64,000 bases of DNA from an uncultured Eubacteriales bacterium (GTDB lineage Bacteria; Bacillota; Clostridia; Oscillospirales; Oscillospiraceae). The stretch is taken from contig UQZJ01000001.1 of the NCBI GenBank assembly GCA_900545495.1, positions 22,727 to 86,726 on the forward strand, read 5' to 3'. The notes beneath the pieces are model-generated. The model made no database searches and had not been told where the DNA came from. It saw only the letters and a list, made by a program, of their open reading frames with translations. Positions 27,055-34,982 of this stretch are shown here, in pieces. Position 1 is the first letter of the stretch; each line of letters opens with the position of its first letter. Made by a program: the position numbers and the translations under genes.

Positions 27055-27067
27055 GGAGGCGTTTTCC

Positions 27068-28327
27068 ATGCCCCGTACTGCGGAGATCATCGCCGTCGGC
27101 AGTGAGCTGCTGACCGGCGGCGTCACCAATACCAACGCCCGGTTCCTGTCGGAGCTGCTGACCGCCGCCGGTGTGGACGTGCTGTATCACACCGCCGTGG
27201 GCGACGACGAGAACCGTCTGGAGGCCGCCGTCACCGCCGCTGCGCGGCGGGCGGAGCTGCTGGTGTTCACCGGCGGCCTCGGCCCCACCTACGACGATAT
27301 GACGAAAACGGCGGTGTGCGCCGCGCTGGACACGCCGCTGGTCTACCACCCGGAGGCGGAGGCGGACATCCGCCGCTATTTCGACACCGTGTTCCACCGG
27401 GAGATGCCTGCCTGCAATTTGCAGCAGGCCTATCTGCCGGCGGGCTGCACCGTGTTCCGCAACCCGGTGGGTACCGCCCCCGGCTGCGCCTTTACCGCCT
27501 GTGGCGTCACCGCCGTGCTGCTGCCCGGCGTCCCCTCGGAGTGCCGGTATCTGGCGGAGCACTGTCTGCTGCCCTATCTGGAGCAGCGCCACGGACAGGT
27601 GATCCGCTCCCACGACCTGCGGATCTTCGGCCTGACGGAGCCGCAGGTGCAGGAGCTTTTAAGCGACCTTCTCCGGCAGGAGGCGGATCTGACCCTGTCG
27701 CCCTTCGCCCTGCCCGGCGAGGTGTCGCTGCACCTGTCGGCCCGCGCCGATGACGAAGCGGCCTGCGAAGCCCGGATGGCGCCGGTGCTGGCGGAGGTAC
27801 GGCGGCGGCTGGGCGGCTATCTCTACGGCGAAGATGTTTCCGGGCTGGAGGAGGCGGTATTCCGCCTCTGCCGGGACAGGCATCTGACCCTCTCCGCCGC
27901 CGAGAGCTGTACCGGCGGCCTCATCGCCAAGCGCCTGACGGATGTCCCCGGCGCGTCGCAGGTGTTTCTGGGCGGCGTGGTCAGCTATACCAACGGAGTA
28001 AAAAACCATGTGCTGGGGGTACCGGCCTCCCTGCTGGAATCCTGCGGCGCCGTGTCCGCTCCCGTGGCCCGCGCCATGGCCATGGGCGTCCGCGTCCTCA
28101 CCGGCTCGGATCTGGCCCTGTCCGTCACCGGGCTGGCCGGGCCGGACGGCGACGACCGGGGCAACCCGGTTGGCACCGTGTTTGTCGCCCTGTCCGCACC
28201 GGAGGGCGTCTTTGTCCGGCAGCTGGCGCTGGGCGGCGACCGGGAGCGTATCCGCACCCTGTCCGCCCACCACGCCCTCGACCTGCTGCGCCGCTATCTC
28301 ACCGATCAAATGACAGAAGGAGAATGA
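27068..28327 (+). CDS. cinA: CinA-family competence/damage-inducible protein (MocF-like + CinA_C)
   Basis: MPRTAEIIAVGSELLTGGVTNTNARFL and a C-terminal CinA domain. 419 aa. Confidence 0.9.
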   Translation: MPRTAEIIAVGSELLTGGVTNTNARFLSELLTAAGVDVLYHTAVGDDENRLEAAVTAAARRAELLVFTGGLGPTYDDMTKTAVCAALDTPLVYHPEAEADIRRYFDTVFHREMPACNLQQAYLPAGCTVFRNPVGTAPGCAFTACGVTAVLLPGVPSECRYLAEHCLLPYLEQRHGQVIRSHDLRIFGLTEPQVQELLSDLLRQEADLTLSPFALPGEVSLHLSARADDEAACEARMAPVLAEVRRRLGGYLYGEDVSGLEEAVFRLCRDRHLTLSAAESCTGGLIAKRLTDVPGASQVFLGGVVSYTNGVKNHVLGVPASLLESCGAVSAPVARAMAMGVRVLTGSDLALSVTGLAGPDGDDRGNPVGTVFVALSAPEGVFVRQLALGGDRERIRTLSAHHALDLLRRYLTDQMTEGE

Positions 28328-28330
28328 CCC

Positions 28331-28804
28331 ATGGCTAAGAACAAAGCCCAAGTAAACGTGAACCACTATGCCAATCAGGAGGAAGCCATCCGCAAGGCAA
28401 AGGGCAACCCCAACAAAAACGTGCATCACAAGAAGAAAAACAGCAACTACGGCGGCTATACCGCCGGCAACTACATGGCACAGAAGATCATGGACAAGGC
28501 CGCCCAGCAGGAGCGGGTACAGCTCCCCACATGGCTGAAGATCTGGCTGGGCGTGGTGTTCGGCGCTCTGCTGGTGGTGCTGGTGCTGCGTCTGGCGGTC
28601 TACAAGGACAGCGTCCTGCTCAACAGCCTGTCCTCTCTGCTGCTGGGTCTGGCGTGCCTGTCCCTGTTCTACATCCGCCGCTTCAAGCACACCAAAAAGG
28701 ACAGCACCCTCTACAAGGCCATTACCGTGCTGCTGACCATCTGCGGCGTGCTCTACACGGTCATGGGTGCGGTGGGACTGCTGATACTGGCCGGTATCCT
28801 GTAA
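28331..28804 (+). CDS. Hypothetical small membrane protein (Lys/Asn-rich N-terminus, 3 predicted TM helices)
   Basis: AAGGAGA is 7 nt upstream of the ATG. The gene sits 3 nt after cinA. No recognisable family. Confidence 0.55.
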   Translation: MAKNKAQVNVNHYANQEEAIRKAKGNPNKNVHHKKKNSNYGGYTAGNYMAQKIMDKAAQQERVQLPTWLKIWLGVVFGALLVVLVLRLAVYKDSVLLNSLSSLLLGLACLSLFYIRRFKHTKKDSTLYKAITVLLTICGVLYTVMGAVGLLILAGIL

Positions 28805-28832
28805 AAAAGCGGGTTTTTCAGCAAAATTGCCA

Positions 28833-28861
28833 TTGACAAGGGCAGTTTTTGTGAGTATAGT
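28833..28861 (+). promoter_or_regulatory. Sigma-A type promoter for the ileS T-box leader
   Basis: TTGACA, 17-nt spacer, TATAGT. Confidence 0.65.
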
Positions 28862-28867
28862 AGCGTT

Positions 28868-29154
28868 ATCTCAAGGATACACTGTATAACTGCGATGATG
28901 GAGACGCGCCCCGCCTCCCTGCCGCGCAAAGAGAGCCGCCATTTGGTGAAAGGCGGACGGGCAGCCGGTCTGGGGTATCACTCCTGAGCATCCGCCTGAT
29001 GGCTTTTCAGCCGGTAAGCGCGGACGGCGGCGGGCCGTTATCTTCCCGTACCCACGGTTGGTGGGGATGAGTGGTCACAGCTGTGACAACGAGAGTGGTA
29101 CCGCAGAGGATGCTTTTACGCGCCTTTGTCTCTTAGGAGGCAAAGGCGCTTTTT
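28868..29154 (+). promoter_or_regulatory. T-box riboswitch leader (tRNA-Ile sensing) upstream of ileS
   Basis: T-box core GAGAGTGGTACCGCAG (29091-29106) overlaps the 5' side of an intrinsic terminator GCGCCTTTG-tctcttaggagg-CAAAGGCGC-TTTTT (29120-29154). A GA-motif/AGAGAG element is present in the stem I region. The specifier codon was not resolved. Confidence 0.75.
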
Positions 29155-29193
29155 ATTTTGTCATTCAAAAAATCAGATAAAAGGAGACGCAAC

Positions 29194-31962
29194 ATGGAGT
29201 ACAAAAAGACACTGAATATGCCCAAGAGCGGTTTTCCCATGCGGGCGGGCCTGCCCAAGCGCGAGCCGGATATGCTCAAGCACTGGGAGGAGATCGACCT
29301 CTACAACGAGCTGCTGAAGAAGAACGAGGGCAAGCCCCTGTTCTCCCTGCACGACGGCCCTCCGTTCTCCAACGGCGCGCTGCACATGGGTCACGCCCTG
29401 AACAAGTCCCTGAAGGACTTTATCACCCGTATGTACGCCATGCGGGGCTACTATACCCCCTATATCCCCGGCTGGGACAACCACGGTATGCCCATCGAGT
29501 CCGCCATCATCAAGCAGAACAAGCTGAACCACAAGGCCATGAGCGTGGCGGACTTCCGCACCGCCTGCCATGAGTTTGCCGACCACTATATCGACGTCCA
29601 GCGCGAGGGCTTCAAGCGCATGGGTGTGGTAGGCGACTGGGAGCATCCCTACAAGACCATGGATCCCGGCTTTGAGGCGCAGGAGGTTCGGGTCTTCGGC
29701 AAGATGTACCAGAACGGCCACATCTACAAGGGTCTCAAGCCCGTGTACTGGTGTCCCCACGACGAGACGGCGCTGGCCGAGGCGGAGATCGAGTACAAGG
29801 ACGATCCCTGCACCACCGTCTATGTCAAGTTCCCCATCCACGACGATCTGGGCAAGCTGTCCCATCTGGATCACAGCAAGCTGTCCTTCGTGATCTGGAC
29901 CACCACCATCTGGACGCTGCCCGGCAACCTGGCCATCGCCCTGCATCCCGACGAGAGCTACGCGGTGGTGAAGGCCCCCAACGGCGAGCTGTACGTCATG
30001 GCCGAGGCGCTGACCGAGAAGGTCATGAAGATCGGCGGCTTCGACAGCTATGAGATCGTGGAGACCCACCCCGGCAGCTTCTTTGAAAATATGCTGGCGG
30101 ACCACCCCTTCCTGCCCAAGACCTCCCGTCTGGTGCTGGCAGACTACGTCACCATGGATTCCGGTACCGGCTGCGTCCACACCGCGCCCGGCTTCGGCGC
30201 CGACGACTATGAGACCTGCCGCCGCTACGGCATGGACATGGTGGTGCCGGTAGACGATCAGGGCAAGCACACCGCCTACGCCGGCAAGTACGAGGGCATG
30301 ACCACCGACGCGTCTAACCCCGTCATTTTGCAGGATATGAAGGACAACGGCTCCCTGTTTGCCAGCGAGGACATCGTCCACAGCTATCCCCACTGCTGGC
30401 GCTGCAAGAATCCCATCATCTTCCGCGCCACCCCCCAGTGGTTCTGCTCTGTGGACTCCTTCAAGGACGACGCCATCGCCGCCTGCGAGGACGTGCGCTG
30501 GGTACCCGCATGGGGCAAGGATCGTATGCGCTCCATGATCCTGGAGCGTACCGACTGGTGCATCAGCCGCCAGCGCCGCTGGGGTCTGCCCATCCCCGTG
30601 TTCTACTGCAAGGACTGCGGCAAGCCCATCTGCACCGAGGAGAGCATCGAGGCGGTGGCCAGCCTGTTCGAGGAGAAGGGCTCCAACGCATGGTTCGATA
30701 TGGACGCCGCCGACATCCTGCCCAAGGGCTTCACCTGCCCCCACTGCGGCAAGGCCGCCGGCTTCGAGAAGGAGACCGACACGCTGGACGGCTGGTTCGA
30801 CTCCGGCTCCACCCATTTCGCCGCCATGGAGCGCGACCAACACTTCTGGCCCGCCACCATGTATATCGAGGGTCTTGACCAGTACCGCGGCTGGTTCCAG
30901 TCCTCCCTGCTGGTAGCCGTAGGCGCGCTGGGCCGCGGCGCTCCGTTCAAGGAGTGCGTCACCCACGGCTGGACGGTGGACGGCGAGGGCAAGGCCATGC
31001 ACAAATCTCTGGGCAACGGCATGGACCCCGCCGAGATCTTCGACAAGTATGGCGCCGACCTGCTGCGTCTGTGGGCAGGCTCCGCCGACTACCACGTGGA
31101 TGTGCGCTGCTCCGACGAGATCTTCAAGCAGCTGAGCCAGAACTATCTGAAGTTCCGCAACACCTGCAAGTTCTGTCTGGACAATCTGGTGGGCTTCGAC
31201 GCCGACCATCTGGTGCAGCCCGATGAGATGCTGCCGCTGGATAAGTGGGCTGTCACCCGCCTGAATACCCTGATCGAGAAGGTGTTCGCCGCCTACGACA
31301 ACTACGAGTTCCACGTGGTATCCCACATGGTCAACGACTTCTGTGTGGTGGATCTCAGCTCCTTCTACTTCGACATCATCAAGGATCGCCTGTACTGCGG
31401 CGAGGAAAACAGTCTGGAGCGCCGCAGCGCCCAGTCCGCCGTCTGGATGATCCTGGACGCCATGACCCGCCTGTTCGCCCCCATCCTGGCCTTCACCTGC
31501 GACGAGGTGTGGCTGGCCATGCCTCACCGCGCCGGTGACGACGCACGCAACGTCCTGCTCAACCAGATGGTGCAGCCCTACGCCGCCTACGCCCTCAGCG
31601 AGGAGGAGATGGGCAAGTGGGCGCGCCTCGCCGCCCTCCGTACCGCCGTCAACGGCGCACTGGAGCAGGCCCGCGCCGACAAGACCATCGGCAAGAGTCT
31701 GGAGGCCGAGGTGGATCTGACCGTCACCGCCGAGGACGCCTTCCTGACCGATATGGATGCCGCCGATCTGGCAGACCTGCTCATCGTCTCGCAGGTTCGC
31801 GTGGAGGTGGGCGCGGAGCAGGACGTGGCCGTCCGTCCCGCCAACGGTGCCAAGTGCCTGCGCTGCTGGAAGGTGCTGCCCACCGTGGGCAGCGACGCCG
31901 GTCACCCCGACCTGTGTCCCCGCTGCGCCGCTGTGGTCAAGAATCTCCCCGTCATCGAATAA
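29194..31962 (+). CDS. ileS: Isoleucine--tRNA ligase
   Basis: AAAGGAGA RBS. HIGH motif (PFSNGALHMGHAL), KMSKS (KAMHKSLGNG), and a C-terminal Zn-binding CxxC...CxxC. 922 aa. Confidence 0.95.
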   Translation: MEYKKTLNMPKSGFPMRAGLPKREPDMLKHWEEIDLYNELLKKNEGKPLFSLHDGPPFSNGALHMGHALNKSLKDFITRMYAMRGYYTPYIPGWDNHGMPIESAIIKQNKLNHKAMSVADFRTACHEFADHYIDVQREGFKRMGVVGDWEHPYKTMDPGFEAQEVRVFGKMYQNGHIYKGLKPVYWCPHDETALAEAEIEYKDDPCTTVYVKFPIHDDLGKLSHLDHSKLSFVIWTTTIWTLPGNLAIALHPDESYAVVKAPNGELYVMAEALTEKVMKIGGFDSYEIVETHPGSFFENMLADHPFLPKTSRLVLADYVTMDSGTGCVHTAPGFGADDYETCRRYGMDMVVPVDDQGKHTAYAGKYEGMTTDASNPVILQDMKDNGSLFASEDIVHSYPHCWRCKNPIIFRATPQWFCSVDSFKDDAIAACEDVRWVPAWGKDRMRSMILERTDWCISRQRRWGLPIPVFYCKDCGKPICTEESIEAVASLFEEKGSNAWFDMDAADILPKGFTCPHCGKAAGFEKETDTLDGWFDSGSTHFAAMERDQHFWPATMYIEGLDQYRGWFQSSLLVAVGALGRGAPFKECVTHGWTVDGEGKAMHKSLGNGMDPAEIFDKYGADLLRLWAGSADYHVDVRCSDEIFKQLSQNYLKFRNTCKFCLDNLVGFDADHLVQPDEMLPLDKWAVTRLNTLIEKVFAAYDNYEFHVVSHMVNDFCVVDLSSFYFDIIKDRLYCGEENSLERRSAQSAVWMILDAMTRLFAPILAFTCDEVWLAMPHRAGDDARNVLLNQMVQPYAAYALSEEEMGKWARLAALRTAVNGALEQARADKTIGKSLEAEVDLTVTAEDAFLTDMDAADLADLLIVSQVRVEVGAEQDVAVRPANGAKCLRCWKVLPTVGSDAGHPDLCPRCAAVVKNLPVIE

Positions 31963-31971
31963 GCGTATTAG

Positions 31972-32007
31972 AAAAGAGAGGACACGCATCGCGTGTCCTC
32001 TCTTTTT
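31972..32007. terminator. Bidirectional terminator between convergent ileS and rluD
   Basis: AAAGAGAGGACACGC-atc-GCGTGTCCTCTCTTT followed by TTTT. Confidence 0.8.
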
Positions 32008-32012
32008 ACGCT

Positions 32013-32927
32013 TTATGCCTTATTTTCCAGCTTCCGAAGCTGCGCCAGAAACTCCTCCGGCAGCGGACAGTGCAGCTCCACCATCTCGCCGGTGCGGGGG
32101 TGGATGAACCGCAGCCCCACCGCGTGGAGACACTGTCCCGTCAGACCCGGCACTGGCTTCTTCGCGCCGTACACCGTGTCCCCCAGAATGGGGTGGCCGA
32201 TATAGGCCATGTGTACCCGGATCTGATGGGTGCGTCCCGTCTCCAGACGGCACCGCACATGGGTCACCCCCGGATACCGGGCGATGACCTCCCAGTGGGT
32301 CACGGCGGGCCGTCCCCCGGCGACCACCGCCATTTTCTTCCGATCCGACGGGTGCCGTCCGATGGGCGCGTCCACCGTGCCGCTGTCCTCCTTCAGGTTG
32401 CCCACCACCAGACACTCATACGTCCGCGCCAGCGTGTGGTCGCTGAGCTGGGCGCTGAGCCCCAGATGGGCGGCGTCGTTCTTGGCAGCGATGATGAGAC
32501 CGCTGGTGTCCCGGTCGATGCGGTGAACGATGCCGGGGCGCTTCTCCCCGCCGATGCCGGACAGCGACGACCCGCAGTGGTGGAGCAGGGCGTTGACCAG
32601 CGTACCGTCCGGGTGTCCCGGCGCGGGATGCACCACCATCCCCGCCGGTTTGTTGATCACGATGACGTCCGCGTCCTCGTACACCACGTCCAGCGGGATA
32701 TCCTGCGCCGTCAGCGCCGTGTCCCGCACCTCCGGCACATCCACCGTCACCGCCTCGCCGCCGGTGATGCGGCAGCTCTTGGCGGCGGGCTTGCCGTCCA
32801 CGGATACCCGCCCCTCCTCGATGTACCGTGCCGCCTGCGAGCGGGTCAGGCCGTTGGCGCGGGAGGCCACAAAGGCGTCCAGCCGCGTCCCGGCGTCCTC
32901 CGCCTCAGCTTTCAGATGCAGCGTCAT
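32013..32927 (-). CDS. rluD: 23S rRNA pseudouridine synthase (RluA family, RluD-like, S4 + catalytic domain)
   Basis: Met at 32927. The longer ORF upstream overlaps lspA. Catalytic block HRIDRDTSGL. Confidence 0.9.
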   Translation of the reverse strand: MTLHLKAEAEDAGTRLDAFVASRANGLTRSQAARYIEEGRVSVDGKPAAKSCRITGGEAVTVDVPEVRDTALTAQDIPLDVVYEDADVIVINKPAGMVVHPAPGHPDGTLVNALLHHCGSSLSGIGGEKRPGIVHRIDRDTSGLIIAAKNDAAHLGLSAQLSDHTLARTYECLVVGNLKEDSGTVDAPIGRHPSDRKKMAVVAGGRPAVTHWEVIARYPGVTHVRCRLETGRTHQIRVHMAYIGHPILGDTVYGAKKPVPGLTGQCLHAVGLRFIHPRTGEMVELHCPLPEEFLAQLRKLENKA

Positions 32928-33390
32928 CCTTCGGCTCCTTCTTGTCGTACTTGTCGTAGAACCACAGGTAGTACACGGCGCCCAGCACCACGCCGATGAC
33001 CACAAAGCAGTCCGCCAGATTGAAGATGGGGTAGTCGATAAACAGCAGGTCGAACATATCCACCACATACCCCCGGCACACCCGGTCGATGACGTTGCCG
33101 ATACCGCCGCCCAGAATGAGCACCCCCGCCGTTACGCCCAGCGGATGGCGGACGATCCTTTTCACCAGCAGCCACGCCACCGCCAGCATCAGCACGATGG
33201 TGACGATGGCCAACAGCCCGGTCTTGCCGGAAAAGCTGCTCCACGCCGCGCCGGTATTGTGCAGCCGCGTCAGCTGCATCACGCCGGGCAGCAGCGGTGC
33301 GGACTGCCCCACCTCCAGATGGGACACCACCCACCACTTCAAAAGCTGGTCGCCCGCCACGCAGGCCGCCAGCGCCACAATATACCACAT
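32905..33390 (-). CDS. lspA: Lipoprotein signal peptidase II
   Basis: AGGGAGGA RBS. Four TM helices. Conserved NTGAAWS and FNLAD blocks. Confidence 0.9.
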   Translation of the reverse strand: MWYIVALAACVAGDQLLKWWVVSHLEVGQSAPLLPGVMQLTRLHNTGAAWSSFSGKTGLLAIVTIVLMLAVAWLLVKRIVRHPLGVTAGVLILGGGIGNVIDRVCRGYVVDMFDLLFIDYPIFNLADCFVVIGVVLGAVYYLWFYDKYDKKEPKDDAASES

Positions 33391-33469
33391 AGGGCATCCT
33401 CCCTGTTTTGGATTCTCCCCCATCATATCCCATTTGCCCGCCGTTTGCAACTTTTATTCCGCGACTTTC

Positions 33470-33498
33470 TTGTATTGCACGGCGCCGCGTGGTATAAT
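33470..33498 (+). promoter_or_regulatory. Promoter for miaB (TTGTAT, 17 nt, extended -10 TGgTATAAT)
   Basis: seen directly in sequence. Confidence 0.55.
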
Positions 33499-33547
33499 AG
33501 AGTATTCAAATATCGCCCCGCATCGACACGGGGCAGGGAGGCCCGAC

Positions 33548-34960
33548 TTGGATAGAAAACAGGTATTGATCCCGGAGGAGCAGACGCTCCGGCAGCGGGA
33601 TTTTGAACAGAAAATACGGGAGCTGCACGCCCAGCGCGGGAAGAGCGTCCGCGCACTGGTGGACACCTTCGGCTGCCAGCAGAATGTGGCCGACAGCCAG
33701 CATATCATGGGTATGCTGGAGGCCATGGGCTGCACCTTCGTCACCGCCCCGGAGGAGGCGGACATCGTGGTGCTGAACACCTGCGCCATCCGCGACCACG
33801 CGGAAAAGCGGGTCTACGGCACGCTGGGCGCGCTGACCCATACGAAAAAGGCCAACCCGGAACAGATCATCTGCCTGTGCGGCTGCATGGCCCAGCGCCC
33901 GGAGGTGGCGGAGAAGGTACGCCAGTCCTACCGTCACGTGGATCTGGTGTTCGGCCCCCAGGCGCTGTGGAAGTTCCCGGAGCTTTTATATCAGGTCTAT
34001 ACCCGCCGCGGCCGCGTGTTCTCCGTGGAGGACGAGCACGGCTCCATTGCCGAGGGTATGCCGGTGGTGCGGGAGGGCCGCACACGGGCGTGGGTGTCCA
34101 TCATGTACGGCTGCAACAACTTCTGCTCCTACTGCATCGTCCCCTATGTGCGGGGCCGGGAGCGCAGCCGTGAGCCGGAACGCATCCTCGAGGAGGTGCG
34201 CCAGCTGGCTGCCGAGGGGTACAAGGAGATCACCCTGCTGGGACAGAACGTCAACTCCTACGGCAAGGATCTGGATACGCCGTGGGACTTTGCCGACCTT
34301 TTAAGCGAGCTGGATAAGATCGAGGGAGACTATCTCCTCCGCTTCATGTCCTCCCAGCCCAAGGACGCCAGCTATAAGCTGTTCGACACCATGGCGCGCT
34401 GCAAGCACGTGGCCAAGCAGCTGCACCTGCCGGTGCAGTCCGGCTGCGACCGGGTGCTGCGGGCCATGAACCGGCCCTACGACCGGGCCAAATATCTGGA
34501 TCTCATCACCTACGCCCGGAAGGTCATGCCCGATTTGGTGCTGACCAGCGATGTGATCATCGGCTTCCCCGGCGAGACGGAGGCCGAGGCCATGGAGACG
34601 GTGGCGCTGGTGGAGGAGGTGCGTTTCGACGCCCTGTTCACCTTCATCTTCTCCCCCCGTCCCGGCACCCCCGCCGCCAAGATGGACGACCCCGTACCCC
34701 GCGCCGAAAAGCAAAAGTGGTTCGACCGCCTCTGCGACGCCCAGAACAGGATCTCCGAGGAGATCCACGCCGGGTATGTAGGCGACACCCTGCGCTGTCT
34801 CATCGACGGCGAGAGCGACGACAGCCGCTGGCCGCTGACAGCCCGCACCGCCGGGGGACGGCTGGTGCATCTGGTGGGTGACCGAGCCGCAATCGGCACC
34901 TACCGCGACGTAAAGATCACCGACAGCAACACGTGGGCGCTGTTCGGCCAACTGATTTGA
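33548..34960 (+). CDS. miaB: tRNA-i6A37 methylthiotransferase
   Basis: Probable TTG start at 33548 with GGGAGG 6 nt upstream. UPF0004 domain Cys triad (FGCQQN, NTCAIR, CGCMAQ), radical SAM CNNFCSYC, and TRAM domain. The six-frame ORF has a spurious N-terminal extension. Confidence 0.85.
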   Translation: MDRKQVLIPEEQTLRQRDFEQKIRELHAQRGKSVRALVDTFGCQQNVADSQHIMGMLEAMGCTFVTAPEEADIVVLNTCAIRDHAEKRVYGTLGALTHTKKANPEQIICLCGCMAQRPEVAEKVRQSYRHVDLVFGPQALWKFPELLYQVYTRRGRVFSVEDEHGSIAEGMPVVREGRTRAWVSIMYGCNNFCSYCIVPYVRGRERSREPERILEEVRQLAAEGYKEITLLGQNVNSYGKDLDTPWDFADLLSELDKIEGDYLLRFMSSQPKDASYKLFDTMARCKHVAKQLHLPVQSGCDRVLRAMNRPYDRAKYLDLITYARKVMPDLVLTSDVIIGFPGETEAEAMETVALVEEVRFDALFTFIFSPRPGTPAAKMDDPVPRAEKQKWFDRLCDAQNRISEEIHAGYVGDTLRCLIDGESDDSRWPLTARTAGGRLVHLVGDRAAIGTYRDVKITDSNTWALFGQLI

Positions 34961-34982
34961 ATTTTTCCAAGGAGGTATCCGC

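Noticed and set aside
29173-31989. 938-aa minus-strand ORF
   Set aside because: Antisense to ileS.
33089-33547. ~150-codon in-frame extension upstream of miaB
   Set aside because: Overlaps lspA on the opposite strand. There is no RBS. The promoter and TTG start with GGGAGG fit at 33548.
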